From positions 1-62,428 of the IMG/VR virus record IMGVR_UViG_3300017903_003401: a stretch of DNA of 62,428 nt; one strand, 5' to 3'. Source of the stretch: a virus (taxonomy: Duplodnaviria; Caudoviricetes). Position 1 is the stretch's first letter; every line of letters starts with the position of its first letter. Under the pieces are notes generated by a model. It saw nothing but the letters and a program-made list of their open reading frames with translations, was not told the origin of the DNA and searched no databases. A program made the position numbers and the translations under genes. Shown in pieces: positions 9,409 to 18,224 of this stretch.

Positions 9409-9577
9409 ACCTGAAAAACGTGCACTTGGTCTTATGATTGAAAGTGTACTCAAACCTGATTCTAAACTTCGTGGTTGTGCACACAATCAAGACTGTTATG
9501 ATGAATTGATGTACTGGCGTCAGAAGATGCTTGACCTACTTTATGGATTTGAAAAAGACAATGGAATTTCCTCATAA
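9401..9577 (+). CDS. Hypothetical protein (MTEPEKRALG...)
   Basis: ATG overlaps the end of the CP12-like gene. Confidence 0.65.
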   Translation: MTEPEKRALGLMIESVLKPDSKLRGCAHNQDCYDELMYWRQKMLDLLYGFEKDNGISS

Positions 9578-9842
9578 AGCACCTGAAGGTTTCAAATATG
9601 AAACTGATGACTATTCAAAGACTATGATTCGAATTTGGATTCGTAATTGTACTCGTGAATTTATTGGAACATCTGAAGTTCATCCACGTTCAGTGTGGGG
9701 ATTCTTTTGTAGGAAAAAAGGTCAGTTCATCGCACCAGTAAATAAGAACAAACCAGGTAAAGTTGTCAAAGCAGAAGATACAACCCCATATTCTGCAATG
9801 CAATTGAATCTGAATCCACTCATGTATGCATTTTACCAATGA
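9561..9842 (+). CDS. Hypothetical protein (MEFPHKAPEG...)
   Basis: Coupled ORF in the early cluster. Confidence 0.7.
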   Translation: MEFPHKAPEGFKYETDDYSKTMIRIWIRNCTREFIGTSEVHPRSVWGFFCRKKGQFIAPVNKNKPGKVVKAEDTTPYSAMQLNLNPLMYAFYQ

Positions 9843-10042
9843 ACTCACCAGATCCATCTGCCATATCATTAAGCACACCATCAAAGGCATTTGCCTACGA
9901 AAAGATTTCTCGTGAAATTGATAATTGTAGTGATATTGTTACTATCAAAGAAATGCTTCGTTGTTATGTAAAACTATATTTCAAACAACAGGAAACTATC
10001 TCTACTATCGGATTGCCTAGTATTAGTGATGAAAAGATTTGA
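9839..10042 (+). CDS. Hypothetical protein with an NblA-like pattern (low confidence)
   Basis: ATGA overlap with the previous gene. LSTPSKAFAYEKISREI...LYFKQQ loosely resembles the short helical NblA/phycobilisome-degradation fold; unverified. Confidence 0.45.
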   Translation: MNSPDPSAISLSTPSKAFAYEKISREIDNCSDIVTIKEMLRCYVKLYFKQQETISTIGLPSISDEKI

Positions 10043-10331
10043 TGTTCAGGTCAATGATTATGTGAAATGGTATGCAAAAGGTGTAAATCATGAAGGATGG
10101 GTTTACTTTGTAGATGAAGAATATATAACTATTGAGATTGGTGTTAAGCCAAGACCATATTGTGACAGGGTAAGAAGTATTTTACACTGTAATGATCATC
10201 TTTTACTTCTTTGTTACAATCAATTTTGGGATGAATTAGAATACATAAAAACTAGGAAATCTATCCATGAAACTGAAGAGTTTTTTATTAGGGATGTCAC
10301 TTATGTTGACACCCCCTGCAATAGCAGATGA
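10026..10331 (+). CDS. Hypothetical protein
   Basis: Overlapping co-oriented ORF. Confidence 0.65.
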   Translation: MMKRFDVQVNDYVKWYAKGVNHEGWVYFVDEEYITIEIGVKPRPYCDRVRSILHCNDHLLLLCYNQFWDELEYIKTRKSIHETEEFFIRDVTYVDTPCNSR

Positions 10332-10950
10332 AAGTAAAATCACCAAAGGATACAATACCTATGATTCACTGGGTTGTATGCTTCTGAAAGAGTGTACCGA
10401 AGGAGTCATAGAAGTTGTATCCTTGTTGGATATTTCATCTCAATATGATAATACAATAGATTTCACTCCAATTGCATTAGAATTCAATAATATTTTGAAT
10501 TCACTGAATGAAGTTGGTGTCAAAGTATATCTTGCAGATTCAAAATATTTCCCTCCGAATAATCGTGGTGTATATCATACAGTAGGTAATAATTTCTTTT
10601 TGAATAAGTATTACATGGGTAATCCTGGTGTCTTGATGTCGGTTGTAAGACATGAAGGATGGCATGCGGCTCAGGATTGCATGGCAGGAACCATTGATAA
10701 TAGTTTAGTTGCAATTATAAAGTCTGAGGAAGATGTTCCTTATGTTTGGAGAACCCTTGCAGAAAGAACTTATCCTAAAAGTGCAGTGCCTTGGGAAGCA
10801 GAAGCAGGGTGGGCAGGTAGAACAGAAGGAATGACAGAAAGAGCACTCGAAGCATGTGCCAGAGGTAGAATGTGGGAAGATCCCAATTACCCACCGACAC
10901 CAAAAACTCGTGAATGGTTAGTTAAAAACGGATATATTAAAGATAGGTGA
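10267..10950 (+). CDS. Signal-peptide-bearing HExxH metallopeptidase-like protein
   Basis: Hydrophobic N-terminus ending PPAIA; VVRHEGWHAAQDC and a downstream EAEA glutamate. Confidence 0.7.
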   Translation: MKLKSFLLGMSLMLTPPAIADESKITKGYNTYDSLGCMLLKECTEGVIEVVSLLDISSQYDNTIDFTPIALEFNNILNSLNEVGVKVYLADSKYFPPNNRGVYHTVGNNFFLNKYYMGNPGVLMSVVRHEGWHAAQDCMAGTIDNSLVAIIKSEEDVPYVWRTLAERTYPKSAVPWEAEAGWAGRTEGMTERALEACARGRMWEDPNYPPTPKTREWLVKNGYIKDR

Positions 10951-10952
10951 CA

Positions 10953-11153
10953 ATGTGGAGAGTATGGGCAAAGTCTCTCGGACAAAAGGACGGGAGAAGT
11001 GATAAAGAAGCTGATAAGATTGCAATTATCAGAACACTCATCATGTTTCAGTTGATTGTCACAAATGGATTCATCATTGCGGGTAATGTCAAGAACTTAT
11101 GGTATGCCAGTCCACAAACCTGCACAATATCCTTGACATCATCTGATAAATAA
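10953..11153 (+). CDS. Small membrane-associated hypothetical protein
   Basis: MWRVWAKSLG...IAIIRTLIMFQLIVTNGFIIAG hydrophobic segment. Confidence 0.65.
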   Translation: MWRVWAKSLGQKDGRSDKEADKIAIIRTLIMFQLIVTNGFIIAGNVKNLWYASPQTCTISLTSSDK

Positions 11154-11161
11154 CCTATATT
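11133..11161 (+). promoter_or_regulatory. sigma70-like early promoter
   Basis: TTGACA-17 nt-TATATT; AGGAG before the ATG at 11188. Confidence 0.7.
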
Positions 11162-11187
11162 ATTAAGGTAGTCAATCAGGAGTTCTC

Positions 11188-11373
11188 ATGTCTGCCACCT
11201 ATTCAACTTATTTTTCTAGGAAGACTCGTTATCGCGTTACCCTTGAGTTGGATGTAATGGAAGATTTCTCACCACATAACATTGATTGGGGTAAACTTCT
11301 TGATCTTGAAGGAAGTGAGAATGTAGAAGCCTATGTTGAGGATCTGTCTGTTCCCGATTCCTTCTACTCCTGA
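11188..11373 (+). CDS. Hypothetical protein
   Basis: RBS and promoter upstream. Confidence 0.7.
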   Translation: MSATYSTYFSRKTRYRVTLELDVMEDFSPHNIDWGKLLDLEGSENVEAYVEDLSVPDSFYS

Positions 11374-11380
11374 TGATGTT

Positions 11381-11411
11381 GAGGGTGATAAATAAAAAAT
11401 ATATCACCCTC
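11381..11411 (+). promoter_or_regulatory. Perfect 10-bp hairpin containing a late promoter (ATAAATA 11388-11394)
   Basis: GAGGGTGATA-11 nt-TATCACCCTC; the 3' arm ends 4 nt before the ATG at 11416. Confidence 0.7.
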
Positions 11412-11415
11412 TATT

Positions 11416-11607
11416 ATGGCTTTTTATCTCACCAAACCATCAGTGATTAATCCTGACATTACATTGTATTATGCAGGTGGTAAAAGATGGTCTGATCAAG
11501 TATCTGAAAAAGCGACATTTGCATCAAGAGAACCACTTGATGATAAGATTGCAAATGTTGATAATATGAGTGGTGGATTCAAAAACGCTACCGTAGTAGA
11601 AGAATGA
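11416..11607 (+). CDS. Hypothetical late protein
   Basis: Downstream of the late promoter; ATGA overlap with the next gene. Confidence 0.7.
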   Translation: MAFYLTKPSVINPDITLYYAGGKRWSDQVSEKATFASREPLDDKIANVDNMSGGFKNATVVEE

Positions 11608-12437
11608 AAACATTCAAACAGTTTGTTGAGCAGACAAATAACAAACAAAAGGATTTTGAAAAATCCCAGGATACTTCTACTGGAAATAGCGGCTCTGAAA
11701 CATTTGACTCAGAAAATGTATCTAACTCTGTAAAAGAAAGAAGAGCAAAGGAAGAAAGAAGGCAAAAGGCAGATGAAATTAGGGCAATTCTTGCCAGTGA
11801 AGTTTATGATCCTGAGATTCAAGGTAGATCTCAGATCACACAAACTGGTGAAGGTGGTAGAAAACAACCTAAAAGAGATACTGAGAGTAGAAGAAAGCCA
11901 GGACAATCACCAAGAATGAAGGCAGTTGGTGGTGGTAAAATGGTGCCTGTAGGTTCATATAAAGACAGAAAGGATATTGGTTCAACAAAGGCACGTTCTG
12001 AAAGAGAACAACAACCTGAAAAGGAGCGTGGTTCTACTGAAGTCAAACAATCTTATGCTGATAAGGTAAAGGCAGAAAGAAGGGCTGCAGCACAAGCAAG
12101 AATTGCAGCAAGAAAGTCAGGTCAACAGGTAAAATCAACAACCACATCTTCTAAAGATGCAGAAAAAAAAGCAACACAACTCCTGAAGACAAAGAAAGCA
12201 GAACCTAAGAAGACTGAACCTGCAAAGCCACGTCGTAGCTGGAAGACTGCAGAAGGTGGTGGAATGACAAGAAAGGAAAGAGACTCTGCACGTAATAAAG
12301 AAAGAGGCCAAAGTCAGGCAGAAATCAAAGCCCGTTTGAGAGCAGAATTTGAAAAGAATAATGGTAGAAGACCAAACAAAAAAGAAGCCATTCAACTAAC
12401 AGCTAAGGCTATCGCTGCAGCAAAGGCATCCTCCTGA
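11604..12437 (+). CDS. Basic low-complexity protein with a T4 capsid-targeting-like N-terminus (putative internal head protein)
   Basis: Begins MKTFKQFVE, resembling the T4 internal-protein leader; K/R/A/E-rich. Confidence 0.6.
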   Translation: MKTFKQFVEQTNNKQKDFEKSQDTSTGNSGSETFDSENVSNSVKERRAKEERRQKADEIRAILASEVYDPEIQGRSQITQTGEGGRKQPKRDTESRRKPGQSPRMKAVGGGKMVPVGSYKDRKDIGSTKARSEREQQPEKERGSTEVKQSYADKVKAERRAAAQARIAARKSGQQVKSTTTSSKDAEKKATQLLKTKKAEPKKTEPAKPRRSWKTAEGGGMTRKERDSARNKERGQSQAEIKARLRAEFEKNNGRRPNKKEAIQLTAKAIAAAKASS

Positions 12438-12500
12438 TAATTCACAGTCACAAAGTTACTCACCTTGAAATGTCCTCCATAGTACAGGACACACTACATT

Positions 12501-13382
12501 ATGACAAACACACACATCGAACATCCAGAAGATTGCATCCTTACCGGAGATTTGTCAGTCCTGAATCTTCTTTATGATAAAGCATTCATCTCTATGAAGA
12601 TGGATGGGATGTCATTGGTATGGGGTACTAACCCTGCCAATGGTAAGTTTTTTGTGTGTACAAAATCTGCATTCAATAAGAAAAAGATTCGTCTCTGTTA
12701 TACACAAGAGGACATCTTTACTCACTTTGGACATCAGATTGAAGTTGTAGATATTCTTTCAAGTTGTTTGACACATCTTCCTCGTACTGATAACATTTAT
12801 TGGGGAGATTGGCTTGGGTTTGGTAAGACTGATGTTTTCACACAAAACACTTTGACTTATGTTTTTCCAGATGCAATTGACCAACAACTTGTCATTGCGC
12901 CACATACACAAGTAAATGTTATGGGTGAGATGTATGAATCTATCTGTACTCCACTCACAGAAACATTTGAGGATACAGTGATGGTAAAATGGGTTCAACC
13001 ATCTGTTGACCGTGTTCCTCCGACACAAACTGCACCCATTATCAATAAGAAAGGTATCAAGTTTCTGACTAAAAAGGAAGCAACTAAGGCAAAAATTGCA
13101 ATCAATGCATTGATCAAGTCAGGAGAATACATTGATGATGTCACACTGACTGATATTCTTGGTTGTCAACATCTTGTCAATCTGTATCAGTATGTGATGG
13201 AAATCAAACTGGACATTATGGACAATTTGATTATCAATGATGCACCAATTGCATATCTTCCTAATGGAAAACAATGTAATGGTGAGGGTTATGTTTTTCA
13301 CTCTGAGACCTATGGTTCAGTCAAACTGGTGAATCGTACTGAGTTTGCCTACGCAAACTTCCATAATGGTTATGGCACTTGA
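12501..13382 (+). CDS. Nucleotidyltransferase/ligase-like protein (DUF6267-like)
   Basis: HIEHPED N-terminus; KMDG (motif I KxDG), EGYV (motif IV) and VKLVNR (motif V) of the covalent nucleotidyltransferase superfamily. Confidence 0.6.
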   Translation: MTNTHIEHPEDCILTGDLSVLNLLYDKAFISMKMDGMSLVWGTNPANGKFFVCTKSAFNKKKIRLCYTQEDIFTHFGHQIEVVDILSSCLTHLPRTDNIYWGDWLGFGKTDVFTQNTLTYVFPDAIDQQLVIAPHTQVNVMGEMYESICTPLTETFEDTVMVKWVQPSVDRVPPTQTAPIINKKGIKFLTKKEATKAKIAINALIKSGEYIDDVTLTDILGCQHLVNLYQYVMEIKLDIMDNLIINDAPIAYLPNGKQCNGEGYVFHSETYGSVKLVNRTEFAYANFHNGYGT

Positions 13383-13406
13383 CATGTAATTTACTTCTGG
13401 TATAAT
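13379..13406 (+). promoter_or_regulatory. sigma70-like promoter
   Basis: TTGACA-16 nt-TATAAT with TG extended -10. Confidence 0.75.
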
Positions 13407-13456
13407 GTCCCTATATTGAGCATCCTAGATGCCTCAATGATCTTTACTAAATTCAA

Positions 13457-14512
13457 ATGAAACAAGTACCCATTCATCATAATACGAAAATTGAAGATTT
13501 AATGCTCAATGCTGATAGAGCTCCAAATTATTTGGGATTAGAATTTGTACGTTTTAAGTTAGTTACACCCACAAATGTTGAAAAAACCACAAATCATCCT
13601 AGAATGGTTGAGAAAAAGAGTGGAAATTGTGACGCAATTTCTGCCTCATTAAAAAAAGGATGGACTGTCGGAAGTTTTCCACCTAGTTTTGTTTTAGAAC
13701 CTGATAAAACAAGATTATTGAATGGCAGACATACTCTTGATGCATTTATCCAAAATCAATATCATGTTATGCCTGCTGCAATATATGTTAGAGTTGAATC
13801 AGGTGACAAGGATTTTGATGCATTGTCTGACGAATGTCAAGATATGATCAATGGTACGAGGGCAAATGTCGATGGAACATGTAATACTGTAAAAGATGAT
13901 TTTCAATATGTTGCAAATCAAGTTATATTGACAGATAAATTAGATAGAAATGCCGATGTAATTGATCAAATTCTTGATTGGTGTAATATTCATGAGAGAT
14001 ATAATTATTCTGGGACTATTACTGAAATTAGGAACAAGGTACTCGACTTAAAAGGTAAAACTTCTCAAAAAGTTTTTAACACTACAAAAGAAGAAAGTAC
14101 ATATTGGATGAGTAACAATAGAAATTTTGGTGAAAATAATTATTCAGAAGAAGGATATAGACTTAGATCCACTTCTATTAAAAAAGAAAGTAATCTTAGA
14201 GATTATGCACATAGGATAATTGATAGTGCTTATAATGCAGTAGAAAAAGGTTGCATTGAAAGACGTATTATTTGGTCTACTTCTACTAACCCAGATCAAA
14301 TTAAACTTGATAGGCAAAAACTTGTTGAAACGGTATATGATTGTCACAATATCCCAAGAGATTATTTTAATAACTTTATTAAATCAGAATTAGAGAAAAT
14401 TCCCTTTTTTGAGAAATTTTCACTTCCTAAATGTGAATTGGTCAATCTCCCTTTAGAATTGTGGGCTGGTCCCCAAATTGATGGTGAGACTGAGGCTATC
14501 AGACTTATTTGA
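13457..14512 (+). CDS. Hypothetical protein with a ParB/Srx-like N-terminal motif
   Basis: ISASLKKGW...PPSFV...LLNGRHTLDAF resembles the ParB I.DG.HR..A box. Confidence 0.5.
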   Translation: MKQVPIHHNTKIEDLMLNADRAPNYLGLEFVRFKLVTPTNVEKTTNHPRMVEKKSGNCDAISASLKKGWTVGSFPPSFVLEPDKTRLLNGRHTLDAFIQNQYHVMPAAIYVRVESGDKDFDALSDECQDMINGTRANVDGTCNTVKDDFQYVANQVILTDKLDRNADVIDQILDWCNIHERYNYSGTITEIRNKVLDLKGKTSQKVFNTTKEESTYWMSNNRNFGENNYSEEGYRLRSTSIKKESNLRDYAHRIIDSAYNAVEKGCIERRIIWSTSTNPDQIKLDRQKLVETVYDCHNIPRDYFNNFIKSELEKIPFFEKFSLPKCELVNLPLELWAGPQIDGETEAIRLI

Positions 14513-14568
14513 TTTTGACAGAGTTACTCACCTCCAAATGTCCACTGTAGTATAGACACCACCATTTG

Positions 14569-15747
14569 ATGATTCAACTTCGTCCTCATCAGGAAGAAGC
14601 AGTGACTGCACTTCGTAATAACACCATCGGTCAGGTAATTGTACCTACTGGTGGAGGAAAGACCTTGATTGCTATCATGGATGCAGTCAAACGGTTTGAG
14701 TCAAAAACTCCTCGTACTATTGTTGTTGTCGCTCCACGTATTCTGTTGGCAGAGCAACTGTCTTCAGAGTATCTGGAGCACATTAGCAATGCAAATGTTC
14801 TTCACGTTCACAGTGGAGAGACAAAGCATTTCAAGACAACAAAGTCTGATCGTATCAAACTGTTTGTTGATATGTGTCAAACTATGAGTGAGCATGTAAT
14901 TATCTTCACCACATATCACTCTCTTCATCGTGTTCAGGAGTCTGGTATTGCCGTAGACACAATCTACTTTGATGAGGCACATAACTCCTGTCAGAATAAC
15001 TTCTTCGGGCCCACTGATTACTTCAGTAAGAAGGCTGACCGTTGTTTCTACTTTACTGCAACGAGGAAGACATCAGTCACCATGCGTAAACATGGTATGA
15101 ATGAGGTAGAAACCTATGGACAGGTGATTGCACGTGTCTCCGCACCAGAACTGGTGGAGAATGGTTACATCTTGCCTCCTAAAGTGAAGGTGATTGAGAT
15201 GGATAAGATTGACAAAAAGTCACTCACTCCTCATCTTGAGGGTAACAATGTTCTCGCATCTATTGATCAGATCAATCTTAAAAAGATTCTGGTTTGTGTG
15301 AAGACTACCCGCCAACTTCAGAATCTGTTCATGACAGATTTTGCTGACCAGTTGATTGAACGTGGTTATTCTTACCTCTACATTACATCAAAGACTGGTG
15401 CAATCATCGATGGTAAGAAGGTGTCGCGTGAGGAGTTCTTCAATGTGTTGAACACTTGGGGTAAAGATCCTGACAAAAAGTTTGTCTGTCTCCACAGAAG
15501 TATCCTGTCTGAGGGTATCAATGTGAGTGAACTTGAGGGTGTGGTTTTTCTTCGTAACATGGACACAATCGAGATGCTCCAGACTGTTGGACGTGTGATT
15601 CGTGTGGGTTCAAAGAGTAAAACCTATGGTATGTTGTGTGTACCTGTCTACAACAACGTTGGAGTATCTACCGAGAGAACATTGCAACGTTGTGTTGACA
15701 TTGTGTTTGAAAAGGGTGAGATGTGTGATTCTGTAGTGAGGCGTTGA
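14569..15747 (+). CDS. Superfamily 2 (ResIII/DEAD-like) helicase
   Basis: LRPHQ Q-motif, PTGGGKT Walker A, DEAH, TAT, LSEGINV, QTVGRVIR. Confidence 0.9.
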   Translation: MIQLRPHQEEAVTALRNNTIGQVIVPTGGGKTLIAIMDAVKRFESKTPRTIVVVAPRILLAEQLSSEYLEHISNANVLHVHSGETKHFKTTKSDRIKLFVDMCQTMSEHVIIFTTYHSLHRVQESGIAVDTIYFDEAHNSCQNNFFGPTDYFSKKADRCFYFTATRKTSVTMRKHGMNEVETYGQVIARVSAPELVENGYILPPKVKVIEMDKIDKKSLTPHLEGNNVLASIDQINLKKILVCVKTTRQLQNLFMTDFADQLIERGYSYLYITSKTGAIIDGKKVSREEFFNVLNTWGKDPDKKFVCLHRSILSEGINVSELEGVVFLRNMDTIEMLQTVGRVIRVGSKSKTYGMLCVPVYNNVGVSTERTLQRCVDIVFEKGEMCDSVVRR

Positions 15748-15992
15748 TGTTTACTAATTCACATATTCTTGATGCTCAACCAGGCCCACTACCTATCGTG
15801 GTGGGTGATGGTTACCTTGCTGCAATTCCTGTATTAGGTTCAACAACTAAACTCATGGTGATTCACAATGGAAACCCGGTGAAGGTGTGTCGAAACCACA
15901 AATCTGCAATGAATTTAATCAACAAACTTAAGAAGACTCATAGTTACTCACCTCGAAATGTCCCCAATAGTGTAGACGTGACCAACTTCTAA
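15744..15992 (+). CDS. Hypothetical protein; C-terminus reads through repeat copy 3
   Basis: Overlaps the helicase stop codon. Confidence 0.6.
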   Translation: MMFTNSHILDAQPGPLPIVVGDGYLAAIPVLGSTTKLMVIHNGNPVKVCRNHKSAMNLINKLKKTHSYSPRNVPNSVDVTNF

Positions 15993-16059
15993 AATGTTCT
16001 CTATGACCCTATAAATGGTCTCTAAGGTCACTTAAATCACTGCTAAGTATCAAACCATT

Positions 16060-16266
16060 ATGAACATTGATTCTCAACTCTTGACAATTATTGAGTCTCT
16101 TGAAGACAGTGTGAGAGTATGTAATAAAGTGAAAGACGATCCTAAAAAAGGTTATCCATATGTTACTGGCTATTCTCTTTCAACAATGGATTATGCCATT
16201 GGGGAGTTAAAGAATGTCGTCGAACAATATCGTTCTATTATTCAAGAGGAGGAGTGTATGAGTTAG
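16060..16266 (+). CDS. Hypothetical protein, paralogue of 19139-19354
   Basis: Shared VCN...DP..GY.Y.TGYS.S.M pattern. Confidence 0.7.
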   Translation: MNIDSQLLTIIESLEDSVRVCNKVKDDPKKGYPYVTGYSLSTMDYAIGELKNVVEQYRSIIQEEECMS

Positions 16267-16312
16267 AATTACTCACCTCTAAATGTCCACTGTAATGTAT
16301 CAATCAAACATC

Positions 16313-16522
16313 ATGAACAATTCTTCTCAAATCCTCCGTGAACTTCAAGAACTTCGCAAGACTTGGCGTGTTCAGAACTATTCTTACACTCAATCACAAC
16401 AATCTCGTTATGATGAATTGATGATGCTTCGTCGTGCATTTATCAACAAGTGGGAGGAAGATGGTTTGGTATGGAAAGGCCCTTCTAATGTAGGTAAGGC
16501 AACAACTGAAACCGAGAGTTGA
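16313..16522 (+). CDS. Hypothetical protein (MNNSSQILRELQ...)
   Basis: ATG 14 nt after the TAATGT box of repeat copy 4; the ORF-track start lies inside the repeat. Confidence 0.7.
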   Translation: MNNSSQILRELQELRKTWRVQNYSYTQSQQSRYDELMMLRRAFINKWEEDGLVWKGPSNVGKATTETES

Positions 16523-16547
16523 CATAAACTCTCTTTTTCCATACAAT
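16519..16547 (+). promoter_or_regulatory. sigma70-like promoter
   Basis: TTGACA-17 nt-TACAAT. Confidence 0.7.
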
Positions 16548-16568
16548 ACATTCAATTGCAGATTTATT

Positions 16569-16892
16569 ATGAAGTTTGATCCTGAACTCAGTGAAGTTTT
16601 TACTACAGAGGGAGTAACTTTTGAATTCAATCATGCACGAACCGAATACTTATCTAATGATATTCTAGACCAGTATAATACTCAAATGAATAATTTGGGT
16701 AAGATATTCAAGAAGGCAAAGAAAAAGAATAAGAGTAATAAAGCTGAGGACATCATTGCACTACATTCTGAATGGAATGTCAATGATAATAATGAAACAA
16801 TGTATCTTGTATTCAATGATGATGATAATTCCTTTACCCATGTGACTACTGAGAATTTGTTTTACTCAGAAACTAATGAGGTACAAGAATGA
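16569..16892 (+). CDS. Hypothetical protein
   Basis: ATG ORF after the promoter. Confidence 0.7.
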   Translation: MKFDPELSEVFTTEGVTFEFNHARTEYLSNDILDQYNTQMNNLGKIFKKAKKKNKSNKAEDIIALHSEWNVNDNNETMYLVFNDDDNSFTHVTTENLFYSETNEVQE

Positions 16893-17032
16893 TTTACAAT
16901 ATGGCATCAGACATTGATACTCGTAAGATTGTGTGGATTTGTCAACAATATCAGACCAGACACAGTAGTGTTGAAGTTGCGACCATCAATCGTACAAGTT
17001 CAAAGTTACTCACCTCCAAATGTCCTCTATAG
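16889..17032 (+). CDS. Small hypothetical protein (MIYNMASDIDTRKIVWIC...), stop codon inside repeat copy 5
   Basis: Read manually; ATGA overlap with the previous gene. Confidence 0.45.
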   Translation: MIYNMASDIDTRKIVWICQQYQTRHSSVEVATINRTSSKLLTSKCPL

Positions 17033-17048
17033 TGTAAGAAGCAATTCT

Positions 17049-17384
17049 ATGATCACCCAAACCAAACCACAATTCTTGACTGAATGTCTGATTGAGACTC
17101 TCAACAATGAATGGAAAGTCAATTCGATTGAATCGGGTCACAATACTTATACTCAACTAGAGTGTGAAATTGGTCGAAAATACATCAAAGTGTGGAGTTA
17201 TCTTGTCAGTGATGGTGAGAGACTTCGTGGTCGTAGTTGTTGGATGTTTGTTGATAAGAACTCTGGAGAATGTTACAAACCTGCATCATACAAAGCTCCT
17301 GCAAAAGGTGTTCGTTATCTCATAACACAACTGACAGATAATCCACATATCTGTGACGCATACGGTAGTTTTCTTTACTTATGA
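17049..17384 (+). CDS. Hypothetical phage protein (GRKYIKV...FVDK..G..YKPASYKAPAKGVRY)
   Basis: ATG 13 nt after the TAGTGT box of repeat copy 5; the TTG start at 16914 is unlikely. Confidence 0.75.
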   Translation: MITQTKPQFLTECLIETLNNEWKVNSIESGHNTYTQLECEIGRKYIKVWSYLVSDGERLRGRSCWMFVDKNSGECYKPASYKAPAKGVRYLITQLTDNPHICDAYGSFLYL

Positions 17385-17408
17385 TGCATACTTTACGATT
17401 CTTTTATT

Positions 17409-17666
17409 ATGTCTTCTGTGGTGTATTCTTTACCACAATTATCAAAATTCTCTCAAACTGACATGGCACTTTCTGCACAATGTGTATCAAGAATGGCTGA
17501 TGCACTCAAAGAAGAAATCATTGAACACATCTACATGAGTGAAAAGTATTCAGAGGTAATGCATGACCTTGTAGCTGATGCATTAGACTCTAAACTTGGT
17601 GAAATTGATGAAGATCTGTTTTTCGAGTTAGGTATGTGTATTATGGACAGAATTGAACTCAAATGA
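17409..17666 (+). CDS. Hypothetical acidic protein (start may be the later MALSAQ)
   Basis: Co-oriented ORF. Confidence 0.65.
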   Translation: MSSVVYSLPQLSKFSQTDMALSAQCVSRMADALKEEIIEHIYMSEKYSEVMHDLVADALDSKLGEIDEDLFFELGMCIMDRIELK

Positions 17667-18019
17667 AACTAAAGAATCTCGTTCCGGTGTTATCAACTCT
17701 CGTATGTTGTCTTGGTAACCCATCACAAGTTGAGGCAAGAACTCCTGCAATTATTAATGGAACATGCGACTACATCTCAGGGTATATTATTGGTCGAAGA
17801 AGCGTCAATTGCGTTGTGATTGATGAGGGTGATGGTGGTTACACAACTAACATCATCGACGCACAAGTTCATGTCAATGTAAAGACAAACGAAATGTATG
17901 TCAATGGTAAGGAATGTGATCCACCGATTCTCGCAGTAGTCAACAATGAAAAACCACATGTTTACAGTATATGTGGAGGGACTGATGATGATTTTACAGT
18001 CGTAATTCCCACCCGATAA
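17663..18019 (+). CDS. Putative exported protein
   Basis: Signal-peptide-like N-terminus ending VEA; paired Cys. Confidence 0.65.
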   Translation: MKLKNLVPVLSTLVCCLGNPSQVEARTPAIINGTCDYISGYIIGRRSVNCVVIDEGDGGYTTNIIDAQVHVNVKTNEMYVNGKECDPPILAVVNNEKPHVYSICGGTDDDFTVVIPTR

Positions 18020-18068
18020 AATTACTCACCTCGAAATGTCCCCTATAGTGTAACCACGCTTCAAATAA

Positions 18069-18224
18069 ATGCAAGAAACTAAATTCCTTAGCAATTTCTG
18101 GGACAATGTGTTAAAGCAAGAAGAATGGAATGATGATCTGAAACGGTGGGAAAATACTCATCCTGAGTATAAACCATTCAAGGAAGATTCTGATTCACAA
18201 CGTCAACAAAATCTCTCAAACTGA
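18069..18224 (+). CDS. Small hypothetical protein (MQETKFLSNFWD..., 51 aa), not in the ORF track
   Basis: ATG 17 nt after the TAGTGT box of repeat copy 6; TGATG coupling to the next gene. Confidence 0.65.
   Translation: MQETKFLSNFWDNVLKQEEWNDDLKRWENTHPEYKPFKEDSDSQRQQNLSN

Noticed and set aside
14569-15747. Calling the helicase UvsW or a restriction subunit
   Set aside because: Not in the usual UvsW context, and no methylase or nuclease partner; left as a generic SF2 helicase.
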